From NCBI RefSeq assembly GCF_028641065.1, contig NC_073386.1:16492001-16556000 (forward strand): a DNA stretch of 64,000 nucleotides. Direction: 5' to 3'. A model generated the notes under the pieces. The model did no database searches. It worked only from the letters and a program-made list of their open reading frames with translations, and was not told the origin of the DNA. Positions 12,621 through 24,160 of this stretch are shown here, in pieces (the first letter of the stretch is position 1; each line of letters opens with the position of its first letter). The position numbers were made by a program, and so were the translations under genes. Source of the DNA: Leucoraja erinacea. Taxonomy: Eukaryota.

Positions 12621-12869
12621 CTACTGTAAATTACCTTTGGGTGCAAGTAATTAACAAAATAACCAAATGGGAGTTGATGGGCACCTGAGAGAGAGAATAA
12701 GTTGCAAAGCTACAAGAGCAAATGGGTGTGGAAATGGGACAGATAGATTGCTCTGCTGAGAACCACCATGGACCTATGGGACTGAATGGCCTCCCATGTT
12801 ATAATACACCAGTGTTGGATTTAGTACTGTTTTCTCTGAGTCAGACCATAACCTTGAATTTTATAGTAA

Positions 12870-13005
12870 TTTTAGTTTAGAGATACAGCACGGAAACAGA
12901 CCCTTCGGCCCACCAAATCCGCACTAACCAGTGATTCCCGCACACTAACGCTTTCCTATGCACACTAGGGACAATTTAACATTTATACCAATTAACCGAC
13001 AAAAA
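12870..13005 (-). mobile_element. SINE 3' half
   Basis: tttagtttagagatacagcacggaaacag...cacactagggacaattt. Confidence 0.8.
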
Positions 13006-13484
13006 CAGTGCTACTTGAATGCTTTGAAAATTTTTGTCTCGAAAATATATTCATGCAGTGGGCTCCAGATCCCACATTTTTGGAGTGTCAATATTTTCCT
13101 TCACTCCCAGTCCAAACATACTCCCAATTTTTAGAAATCTATGCATAATAATTGACTCACTGTGCCAAGCGAAATAGGCCCTTCAAATGTACTGAATGTA
13201 ACTTCATGATAATTTTACTCATCTTGATTAAAACCTTCCTTAGCCTCCTCTGTTCTGCAATAAACAACCTTAAGTCAGAACAATCTTTCTTCAAAATTAA
13301 ACTTCTCTATCTCACCAAGTTCTTTCTGACCTCTCTAGTACTGCAACGTCCTGCTACAAATTGGCACCAGAACCGTGACCTAACTAGGGTTTTAAATGGT
13401 TCCAGCTTGGCATCTTTGGTCTTGTATCCTAAATATAGGGAAGAAATCCTTATCTTATTGATATTCCCACTTTTACAGTGTAGA

Positions 13485-13670
13485 TCAGTGGCGCATGGTG
13501 CAGCAGGTAGAGCTGCTGTCTGACACTTACGAACACCCAGTTTCAATATAGACACTGTGTGAATTTGGAATGTTCTCACTGTGATTATTTAGATTTATTT
13601 TGGGTAGTAGCATTCCCAAGGTGTGCAGGTTGGCAGGTTAGTTAGTTGTCGTGAATTACCCCCAAAATAG
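13485..13670 (+). mobile_element. Degenerate tRNA SINE
   Basis: gtggcgcatggtgcagcaggtagagctgctg head and degenerate body. Confidence 0.6.
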
Positions 13671-13679
13671 GCAGATGGT

Positions 13680-13987
13680 AGTTTAGAGTTTAGAGATACA
13701 GCGTTGAAACAGGCCCTTTGGCCCCCCCCGGACCTGCGCCGACCAGCGATCCCTGCACACTAACACTATCCCACACACACTTGGGACAATTCACAATTTA
13801 CCAAGCTAATTAACCTGCAATCCTGTACGTCTTTGGAGTGTGGGAGAAAACCGGAACTCCCAGAGAAACTCATGCAGGTCACGGGGAGAACGTGCAAACT
13901 CCATACAGACAGCACCCGTAGTCAGGATCGAACCCGGGTCTCTGGCGCTGTAAGACAACAACTCTACCGCGGTGCCACTGTGCCATG
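13680..13987 (-). mobile_element. tRNA SINE, full length
   Basis: Head with B-box GGTTCGATCC on the minus strand; CR1-like tail. Confidence 0.9.
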
Positions 13988-14654
13988 TTGATGGCATGTG
14001 AGAGAGAATAGGCTACATGGACAAAGGTGGTGGAATGGGACTGAACGATAGTACAGACTTGATGGGATAAGTGTTGTGAGAAACATATTAATAGTGGTTT
14101 GTTACCCTTGCTTAAATTTCCCTAGATACTCTATGGGTGACTGTGTGATGGGTTTCCTCCAATATATGCTTAATGTTATATTAAACGCTACCTCTCTTTA
14201 GTGGTTTGCTCCCAGTGACACGTTTGAAATCATTCTTGAGACAGTTCTGACTTCACAACTAAAATTCCATCAAAACCACCCACTCGCCATCCTCCCATGT
14301 TGAAGGAGATGACAGTTTGCAGTGAAGAAGAAATTAAAAGTCTGTAGCTGTATCTGGAGCACGAACGATGTCACTGGCAGACAGGAAGAATAATTAAATT
14401 GCTACTGACCCAGAGAACAAATCAATTGTGTCTCAGCTTTGGATGAATGTTGCAAAGTGCAGGGCAGTAAAGGACACCAATCTGTCTAGCCGTTCAGAAC
14501 GGGAATGTTGTAAGAATTTTACTGAATTAATTCATTTGAATATATAATCAAAAGCTGAGAGTCATAAAGCTGTACAACATAAAAATGGACCGTTCGACCC
14601 ACCTTGTCAATGCCAACCTTTTTTGCCCATCTACACTAATCCCATTTGCCCACA

Positions 14655-15164
14655 GTAGAGAGCATGCTGACCGGTTGCATCGTGGCTTGGTTCGGCAACT
14701 TGAGAGCCCTGGAGAGAAAAAGAGTACAAAAAGTAGTAAACACTGCCCAGTCCATCATCGGCTCTGACCATCTTTCCATCGAGGGGATTTATCGCAGTCG
14801 CTGCCTCAAAAAGGCTGGCAGTATCATCAAAGACCCACACCATCCTAGCCACACATTCATCTCCCTGCTACCTTCAGGTTCAGCAACGACCAGGTTCAGG
14901 AATAGCTACTTCCTCTCAGCCATCAGGCTATTAAACCTGGCTCAGACAAAACTCTGAACATTCATAACCCATTATCTGTTATTTGCACTTTATCAGTTTA
15001 TTTCTTCATGTGTGTATATTTATATTTATATAATGGTATATGGACACACTGATCTGTTTTGTAGTCAATGCCTACTATGTTCTGTTGTGCAGTAGCAAAG
15101 CAAGAATTTCATTGTCCTATCAGGGACACATGACAATAAACCCACTTGAACTTGAACTTGAACT
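14655..15164 (+). mobile_element. Rex1/Babar LINE 3' end
   Basis: ESMLTGCIVAWFGN...IIKDPHHPSH..LLPSG..RFRNSYF..AIRLLN; tail tgacaataaa+(cttgaa)n. Confidence 0.88.
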
Positions 15165-15507
15165 ATGTCCATATCTTTCAAGGCCATCGGTGAGCACAAC
15201 ATGCTGGAGTAACTCAGCAGGTCAATCAGCATCTCTGGAGAAAGTGGACGGGTGACATTTTGGGTAGAGACCCTTCTTCCCTGTCATGTCTATTTAAGGG
15301 TCTGTTTAAATGTCCCTTAAATGTAGTGATTGTATCTGACTTCATCACCTCACTTGGCAGCAAGTTCTAGATATCAAGCACAATATGATTTTTATTTTTT
15401 TAAAACACACCCCTCAGATTCTCTTTAAAGCTCCTCCCCTCACCTTAAACCTATGCTGTCTTGTTTTTGATACCTCTACCATGGGAAAAGAGATTCTGAC
15501 TATCTAC

Positions 15508-16352
15508 TGGATGAGTGGGCAGATGCATGGCAGATGAAGTTTAATGCGGATAAATGTGAGGTTATCCACTTTGGTATCAAAAAACAGGAAGGCAGATTAC
15601 TATCTAAATGGTGTCAAGTTGGGAAAAAGGGAAGTACAACGGGATCTGGGGGTCCTTGTTCATCAGTCAATGAAAGTAAGCATGCAGGTACAGTAGGCAG
15701 TGAAGAAAGCGAATGGCATTTGGCCTTTATAACAAGAGGAGTCGATTATAGGAGCAAAGAGGTCCTTCTGCAGTTGTGCAGGGCCCTAGTGAGACCACAC
15801 CTGGAATTTTGGTCCCCTAATTTGAGGAAGGACATTCTTGCTAATGAGGGAGTGCAGCGTAGGCTTACAAGGTTAATTCCCGGGATGGTGGGACTGTCAT
15901 ATGCTGAGAGAATGGAGAGGCTGGGCTTGTACACTCTGGAGTTTAGAAGGATGAGAAGGGATCTCATTGAAACATATAAGATTGTTAAGGGTTTGGACAC
16001 GCTAGAGGCAGGAAACATGTTCCCGATGTTGGGGGAGTCCAGAACCAGAGGCCACATTATAAGAATAAGGGGTAAGCCATTTAGAACGGAGATGAGGAAA
16101 CACTTTTCTCACAGAGAGTTGTGAGTCTGTGGAATTCTCTGCCTCAGAGGGTAGTGGAGACCGGTTCTCTTAATACTTTCAAGAGAGAGCTAGATTGGGC
16201 TCTTAAAAATAGCGGATTCAGGGGTTATGGGGAGAAGGCAGGGACGGGGTACTGATAGGGGATGATCAGCCATGATCACATTGAATGGCGGTGCTGGCTC
16301 GAAGGGCTGAATGGCCTACTCCTGCACCTATTGTTTATTGTCTATTGTCTAC
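15508..16352 (+). mobile_element. Young CR1 LINE 3' fragment
   Basis: MKFNADKCEVIHFG...LVRPHLE...RRMRRDLIETYKI...RTRGH; (attgtct)n tail; tctac flanking repeat. Confidence 0.92.
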
Positions 16353-17920
16353 CCAACCCATGCCTATTATAATTTTACAGGCCTCTGTAAGGTCACCCTT
16401 CAGCCTCCTTCACTCCAGGAAAAACAAGGTAAGCCTATCCTATCTTTCCCCACAACTTGAGTCCTCCAGTGTTGGCAACATCCTTGCGAATCTCCTTGGC
16501 ACTCACCCCAGTGCATCCACATCCTTCCTCTTGTATGGTGACCAGAACTGTACATACGTAATACACAATACTCCAAGTGGAGACCAAACAGCGTTTTGTA
16601 AAGTTGCATCAAAACATCCCAAGATACTTGAAATCAATGTTCATTCAGCTGGGTTGTAGACTCCCCAAGCAAAATATGAGGTGCTGTTCCTACAATTTGT
16701 ATGTGGCAGAAGGTATTTAATACCGTCTTATTACAAATTGTGTCCTGTCTGAAGTAACGGTTTCTCACGTCTGTATGTTTGCATGAGCACAGGTATCATC
16801 TCCCAGTTAAATGTTAATATATAGAGAAGCTGAGCAAATTATGAACAGATTTAAAAACCTATTTCCAGTAGAAGGGATCAACTCAAGCGCATATTTCCTA
16901 AAGTATTAAAAGAGGTTTTTAAGTATTTTTGAGTTATGAAGATTATAATTTTTTTATGTTTTTTTCGCTTTTGTTCGTACAAAGTTTTGAATGGTCTTGA
17001 ATGTTGCACCAGAGAGAGAGAACCCTTAAAGTTTTCTCCAAATTGCAATTGGAAAGATGATCTGAGGGTGAAGCTACATTTTTTGAGGTCCATGTTAAAC
17101 TGCAGTGCTTGCTGACAATTGAAAAACCTGCTGCCTTCTGTCAGAATGTTAATATAATAATCTGGTGGTTATTTTCTGGCCTATTAATTCAGCGGCCTGG
17201 ACTAGCATCTGGCGATAAGAGTTCAAAACCCACCATAGCGGCTTGACATTTGAAATTCAGTTAATTAAATAAATCTGGAAGAGGTATTAGCAGTGGTGGC
17301 ACTGAACCACGAATTGTATAAACCTATTGATTTCCTCAATGCCGTTTATTGTCAAATCATGAGAAACAGCACAGAAGGACACTGTGCAGCATTTAAGTCT
17401 AAGTTGCCTCTCTGCAAAAAACATGCACATACTCCCACTCCCTTTCCTTACCTTTATGGCCTTGTAATTATTTTTAAATGACTGATCCAATTCCCTCCTT
17501 AAAGCCACAACTGAATTGGCCTCCAAAACTCGGTGGTGCAATGACTCCAGATCCAATCTGCATAAAGTAGTTTTTGTTCTGTTGCTTTTGATTATTTCTA
17601 TTCTTTCTCAATCTGCCTCCTCTGAACCTGGACCCTTCCAACCAATTGGAATGGTTTATCTCTCTCCAGACCCCATATCATTTTGGGCACCTCTGTTCTG
17701 TTTCTTCACAACTTCTACTCTAAGGAGACTAATCCCACAATTCTAAAGCAGCGGGCCACTGAGTTGTGATACCGGCTGCTAATCATTGCTTTACATGGAT
17801 AACTTTCATTGCTTTTCATTGATAAATTCTGTAATGCCTTCTGTATGGCCCTGTTATGGCTAGCACAATGAATACGTCCGGCATCTTGTAAAAATAGTTT
17901 ATTTACAACAATTAACAGAA

Positions 17921-18737
17921 ACTTCCGGTATTGTACTTCCGGTGGCGCTGGTGCCAGCAGCCTCCACCTTCAGCCGGGTATGTTTTTGTTCTTTTGTTTA
18001 TTTAGTTATGTTGAAGTGTGTTTTTTTATGATTTTTTACATGTTTTTATGTCACGGTGTGGGGATACCGTCCTTCAATCCTGTCAGGACGCGAGTTATCC
18101 AGTCGCGTCCTCGCCCCCCCCCCCTCCCCCCACAGTGGCCTACCTACCTGGATTGGCGCAGCCTTTCCTGCCGGGATCGACCGGAGCCCAGCAGCGGCGG
18201 GACAGCGCTGGAACATCGCGGGGCTGGCGATGCCTTACCGGGGGTCGCCGTCTGGAGCCCGGAGTGCTGGACCTGCTGCACCCATCCCGCTGCGGTTTGC
18301 GGAGCTCCCAACGCGGGCGGCGCTGACTAACAACGCGGGGTCCTGTGACTCTGCCCGGCTCAGCCTGCGGACTCAGGAGCGCTGCGGCTGACCAGTAGGT
18401 CCGGGCCGCTGAGGAGGAGGATGTTCACCGTCGGGGTCGGCGTCGGGTCCACTAGCCCCGTGACGCTGCGGGGGATCGGATGGCCCCGACCATGGATGAA
18501 CCTGAGCATCGGAGGGGAGGCTGGCTGGACTATGGTGCCTTCCTCACCTTGGTGCCACTGTGTTATGTTGTGTCGTGGACTCTGTTTGTGCTTTTTTTTT
18601 AAACATTTTTTTTTTTTATATGTTTTAATATTTATTATTTATTTATTTTTATGATACTGACTGTAAAGGAAAATTCATTTCGTTGTCTCTAATTGAGACA
18701 ATGACAATAAATTTGAATACAATAAAATACAATACAA
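17921..18737 (+). mobile_element. GC-rich non-autonomous retroelement with Rex1-type tail
   Basis: acttccggt x2 head, T-rich spacer, GC-rich body, ttgtctc-taatt-gagacaa + TGACAATAAA + (aatac)n. Confidence 0.75.
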
Positions 18738-19176
18738 GTGGAATCAACTTCCTCCTGTGATGGATACAATAAAGTTCAGCTTTGTCACGGTGTTAAAGTC
18801 CACAAAAGTTAAAGTCCAGAGGCCCCGCAGTCGGAGCACTTTCGCTGGCTAACCTCGGCCAAAGGATTGCCCGCTCTGCAATGGTAAGTCCGCGGCTCAC
18901 CCGCGGCTTGAAGCTCCAGGCCGATCCCCACGAAAGGCCGCACCACTCCACGTTGTAGGCCACAGGGGGGACGGATATGCAACACGGAAAAAAAATCACA
19001 TCTCCTTCAAGGTAAGTGGCTGAAAAATGTTTCCCCCCCCACCCCCCACCCTCCACATAAAACATATCAAGAAAGAAAAACACATCTATTTAAGACATAC
19101 TTAAAATAATAAAAACAGAGAAGGGACGAGACAGACTGTTGGCGAGGTGGCCATTACTGGCGCCACCCGGTGGTCA
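18738..19176 (-). mobile_element. Related GC-rich element, 3'-truncated, tail-to-tail with the previous one
   Basis: Minus head ccaccgggtggcgcc, T-rich spacer, poly-G, GC-rich body, ccatcacag motif. Confidence 0.65.
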
Positions 19177-19874
19177 TGCTGCAACTGTAACTATGCTATC
19201 ATCCTGGACTGCTTTGCAAATGAAGATGAAGGTGACAATGCCTCTCAACTTCCTCCCCATTGGATCACTTCAGTTGGCAGCAGCAAACACTTGCTATATC
19301 TGTAAAACATTTTCTCCGCATTAATAGAGGTCACCAAGGCTTTTCGATCTGGGATGAATGATTGTATTTATTTTGATTTCAGTGAGGAGGAAGGGTCATC
19401 TCAGGCACGGCAAATTCTCATGCGTGAGAGCCATTTTAATTATTTACTGGCCTTCTCACCATCTCCACACAATGCACCAAATCCTCTTCCCCTTTGTAAA
19501 ATAACTACCCTTGATAATTTCCCTGTACAATATAGGTGTTTGAATGATTACTGTCTGTAATGTTGACCAGACTGCTACATAAATATGCAAATAGACATCA
19601 CTAGGTGGAGACAAAGAACTGCCTAGTTCAGCCACCACTTTCAAATTTGGTTTTGCTGTAACGTGCTGCACAATTCTCCTTCACTCCTTAACTCTCAATT
19701 ATTCAACCTCTGATTTTTTGCTCCAATTACATAATTTAACATGTGCCTTTATCTTTCTTTCCTTATATATATAAATCAGAGCTATCAGACCCAGGATGCC
19801 TTAATGCTGTCATCACCACTTCATTGTTATTTAAAAAAAACAAGAGTTATTATAACTTGTACATGGTACAATGA

Positions 19875-20192
19875 ATGGCACAGTGGCATAGTGGTAGAGC
19901 TGCTGCCTTACAGCACCAGAGATTCTGGTTCGATCCTGATTACGGATGCTGTCCGTGTGGAGTTTGCACCTTCTCCCAGTGACCGCATGGGTTTTCCGCA
20001 GGTGCTCCGGTTTCCTCCCACACTCCGAAGATGTACAGGTTTGTAGATTCATTTGCTTTTGTAAAATTGTAAGTTATCCCTAGTGTGTAGGAAAGTGTCA
20101 GTGTATGGGCTGATCACTGGTCGGTATGGACTCGGTGGGCCGAAGGGCCTGGTTTCCCGCTGTATCTTTAAACTGAAGTAAACTAAGTCTAA
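19875..20192 (+). mobile_element. tRNA SINE, full length
   Basis: tggcacagtggcatagtggtagagc...ggttcgatcc...gggccgaagggcctg...(aaact)n. Confidence 0.9.
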
Positions 20193-20302
20193 ATTTGCAG
20201 TGGACAAGTTCATGCCACACAATATCATTATGGAATTACCGGTAGGTGTATGTAGCACAGTTGAAATTATATCATCAATTCTTCTATACTGAATAATGAC
20301 TT

Positions 20303-21352
20303 ACCAGGAAGCGGTAAAATCTGCTAGAACTAAATACTTCTCCACCCTCATCTCCAAAACTGCTCACAATTCCAAGGTCCTTTTTAGCACCATCACCTCC
20401 ATCATTTGTCCTGCTCCCAGCACCAGCTTAACTGGGTCCCCCTGCTAAGTGCGAGGAATTTACTGCATTTTTCACCAGCAAGGTAAAAAACATAAGAACA
20501 AATATTTCCCCTCCCACCTGTGACCTGGCTGTCTCATTGGTCTGCTCTTCAAAATTAGATTGTTTCCAACCCGTTACTCTACCCTCCCTTGTAAAACTGA
20601 TCACCACCATGAAACCTACTGCCTGCCCCCTCGACACTATCCCCTCTGCCCTCCTAAAGGACATCATTACAACAGCCAGTCCCAGCATCCTTGCCATCTT
20701 CAACAGCTCTCTGGCCACTGGCACTGTACCTACCTGCTTCAAGCATGCGGTGGTCCAGTCACTCCTGAAAAAACCTAACCTCGACCCCACCTTGCCAAGT
20801 CTCCGGTACGGGGTTGGTATTGATGGCACTGCCCTGAGCTGGTTCATCTCCTACCTCAAAGGCAGGAGTTTCTTGACTAACATAGACAACTCTTTCTCCT
20901 CCCCAGCTAGTCTCTGCAGTGGGGTTCCACAAGTTTAATCCTCGGCCCCATTCTCTTCTCCCTGTATATGCTCCCCTTAGGCCAAGTCATTGAAAGGCAC
21001 GGCATTTCCCTCCATTGCTACATAGACGATATACAACTATCTCCCCCTGAAGCCCAAAAACCATCAAACCTGCTTAACCTTACCCGCTGCCTTGAGGATA
21101 TAAAGTGCTGGATGGCCCAGAACTTCCTCCAACTAAATGAGAGTAAGTCTGAGGTCATCCTTCTCGGCCCCTCGGACTCAATCAAAATGATAGCAGGCAG
21201 TCTTGGAAGCCTTACCCCACTACTCAAACCTCACGTCAAAAACCTTGGCGTGATATTTGACTCAGCACCGAAATTTGACAAACAAGTCAATGCCATGGTA
21301 AAAGCTAGCTTCTGTCAGCTTCGGACGATAGCTAAAATAAAACAATTCCTCC
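20303..21352 (+). mobile_element. Second L2 copy with internal deletion
   Basis: Near-identical peptide to the 7.8-9.1 kb copy (KHAVVQSLLKKPNLD joined directly to LRYGVGIDGTALSWF). Confidence 0.9.
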
Positions 21353-21436
21353 ATACACATCTGCAGTTCCTAGTTTCCAGGTGAGTTAGCAAGTTGTCAA
21401 AAAACCACAAAGAACCTGCAAAAGAATAAAGTGCGA

Positions 21437-21863
21437 ATAAGTTAGGTCTTTATTCTCTGGAGCGCAGAAGGTTAAGGGGGGACTTGATAGAGGTCTTTAA
21501 AATGATGAGAGGGATTGACAGAGTTGATGTGGATCAGCTTTTCCCTTTGAGAATAGGGAAGATTCAAACAAGAGGACATGACTTAAGAATTAAGGGACAG
21601 AAGTTTAGGGGTAACATGAGGGGGAACTTCTTTACTCAGAGAGTGGTAGCGGTGTGGAATGAGCTTACAGTGGAAGTGGTGGAGGCAGGTTTGTTGGTAT
21701 CATTTAAAAATAAATTGGATAAGCATATGGATGAGAAGGGAATGGAGGGTTATGGTATGAGTGCAGGCAGGTGGGACTAAGGGGAAAAAAGTTGTTCGGC
21801 ACGGACTTGTAGGGCCGAGATGGCCTGTTTCCGTGCTGTAATTGTTATATGGTTATATGGTTA
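21437..21863 (+). mobile_element. CR1 LINE 3' end (different subfamily)
   Basis: IEVFKMMRGIDRVD...TRGHDLRI...FFTQRVVAVWNEL; (ttatatgg)n tail. Confidence 0.9.
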
Positions 21864-22307
21864 AAATGAGAGGGCAGGGAGTAGCTATACGGAATATGAT
21901 GTTGCAAAATGTACCATTATCCACTGGAAGGAGGAACAAAAGAGCAACTTACTATTCTGTGGATTCTGAGAATGTAATTTAACTGAAGATGATGATATGG
22001 CTGAGAGGCCTAACCTGTTCCATTCCAGCAGCACACTCAGGTAGGTCGACTGGACAGTGAGGCCCAGGGGGACTCTATCCATGCCATGTCCAGGCAAGAG
22101 GGAATAAGAGGCAGAGGTGAGAGAAATTCATGAAACATGCTCAAGGGCTCTTGGTGTCAGCCACAGTAGAGGGGAAACCCTATTTGAGGAAAATATCTCA
22201 GAGGCAAAAGTGTCATTGGAACAGAGTCATCAGTGATTGAGTTACCTCGAAAATGGAATGGAGTCTCACAGGAGGTCAGGGTAAGAAGAAGTATAATCAA
22301 GATAGAT

Positions 22308-22864
22308 GTAGACAAAAATGCTGGAGAAACTCAGCGGGTGAGCCAGCATCTATGGAGCGAAGGAATTCAAGGACCCAAGCAGTATTTCCAGATGCGGCAA
22401 AGGTTCACCTGCACCTCCTCCAACCTCATCTATCGCCGCTCGGTTCGCAATAACCAACCTGATCTCCCGGTTGCACACCACTTCAACTCCCCCGCCCATT
22501 ATGAATCCGACCTTTCTGTCCTGGGCCTCCTCCATGACCAGAGTGAGGCCCACCATAAATTGGAGGAGCAGCACCTCATATTTCATTTGGGCAGTTCACA
22601 CCCCAGCAGTATGAACATTGACCTCCAATTTCAGGTAGACCCGCCTTTCTCCTCCCCTTCCCAGCTCTCCCTCAGCCCACTGTCTCCGCCTCTTCCTTTC
22701 TTCTTCCCGCCCGCTCCACCCTCACATCAGTCTGAAGATGGGTCTCGACCAGAAACGTTGCCTATTTCCTTCGCTCCATAGACGCTGCCTCACCCGTTGA
22801 GTTTCTCCAGCATTTTTGTCTACCTTCGATTTTCCAGCATCTGCAGTTCCCTCTTAAACAAAAC
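22308..22864 (+). mobile_element. Penelope-like element: inverted 5' pLTR piece, GIY-YIG fragment and 3' pLTR
   Basis: FQMRQRFTCTSSNLIY...HFNSPAH...LEEQHLIFHLGS; inverted repeat 22308-22366 / 22764-22823; 16-bp TSD. Confidence 0.88.
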
Positions 22865-22907
22865 ATCAAGATAGATGTAGTTTTTTCATGGGCTTGTAAT
22901 GGATGTA

Positions 22908-24056
22908 GAAGCATAGAAACATAGAAATTAGGTGCAGGAGTAGGCCATTCGGCCCTTCGAGCCTGCACCGTCATTTAATATGATCATGGCTGATCATCCA
23001 ACTCAGTATCCCGTACCTGCCTTCTCTCTATACCCTCTGATCCCCTTGGCCACAAGGGCCACATCTAACTCCCTCTTAAATATAGCTAATGAACTGGCCT
23101 CAACTACCCTCTGTGGCAGAGAGTTCCAGAGATTCACCACTCTCTGTGTGAAAAAAGTTCTCCTCATCTCGGTTCTAAAGGATTTCCCCCTTATCCTTAA
23201 GCTGTGACCCCTTGTCCTGGACTTCCCCAACATCGGGAACAATCTTCCTGCATCTAGCCTGTCCAACCCCTTAAGAATTTTGGTAAGTTTCTATAAGATC
23301 CCCTCTCAATCTCCTAAATTCTAGAGAGTATAAACCAAGTCTATCCAGTCTTTCTTCATAAGACAGTCCTGACATGAATCCCAGGAATCAGTCTGGTGAA
23401 CCTTCTCTGCACTCCCTCTATGGCAATAATGTCCTTCCTCAGATTTGGAGACCAAAACTGCACGCAATACTCCAGGTGTGGTCTCACCAAGACCCTGTAC
23501 AACTGCAGTAGAACCTCCCTGCTCCTATACTCAAATCCTCTTGCTATGAAAGCCAACATACCATTCGCTTTCTTTACTGCCTGCTGCACCTGCATGCCTA
23601 CCTTCAATGACTGGTGTACCATGACACCCAGGTCTCGCTGCATCTCCCCCTTTCCCAATCGGCCACCGTTTAGATAATAATCTGCTTCCCCGTTTTTGCC
23701 ACCAAAATGGATAACCTCACATTTATCCACATTAAACTGCATCTGCCAAACATTTTCCCACTCACCCAGCCTATCCAAGTCACCTTGCAGTCTCCTAGCA
23801 TCCTCCTCACACCTAACACTGCCCCCCAGCTTAGTGTCATCCGCAAACTTGGAGATATTGCCTTCAATTCCCTCATCCAGATCATTAATATATATTGTAA
23901 ATAGCTGGGGTCCCAGTACTGAGCCTTGCGGTACCCCACTAGTCACTGCCTGCCATTGTGAAAAGGACCCATTTTACTCCTACTCTTTGCTTCCTGTTTG
24001 CCAGCCAGTTCTCTATCCACATCAAGAAGACTGAACCCCCAATGCCATGTGCTTTA
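22908..24056 (-). mobile_element. CR1 LINE, RT domain to 3' end
   Basis: ORF 23356-23946 SGVPQGSVLGPQLFTIYINDL...KFADDTKL; catagaaa tail. Confidence 0.95.
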
Positions 24057-24059
24057 AGT

Positions 24060-24160
24060 AGTGATCCTGAGATGGAGATAGAGAGATGCGGAAAGTGAAG
24101 GGAAGAATCAGAGATGAAAGAAGTATAGGAGAGCGCATGGTTGAAATTGGGTGACAAATG
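24060..24160 (-). mobile_element. Penelope RT fragment
   Basis: NFNHALSYTSFISDSSLHFPHLSISISG resembles the PLE RT motif FHP.LKFT..IS...LPFLD. Confidence 0.55.

Larger units (their letters stand above)
14558..16620 (-). mobile_element. Old CR1 3' region interrupted by three younger insertions
   Basis: Host pieces 14558-14654, 15165-15190, 15282-15507 and 16353-16620 (MMQLYKTLFGLHLEYCV). Confidence 0.7.

Noticed and set aside
17180-17360. Possible ancient shark-type tRNA SINE (gagttcaaaacccacc...taaatctggaa)
   Set aside because: Too degenerate to delimit or assign by eye
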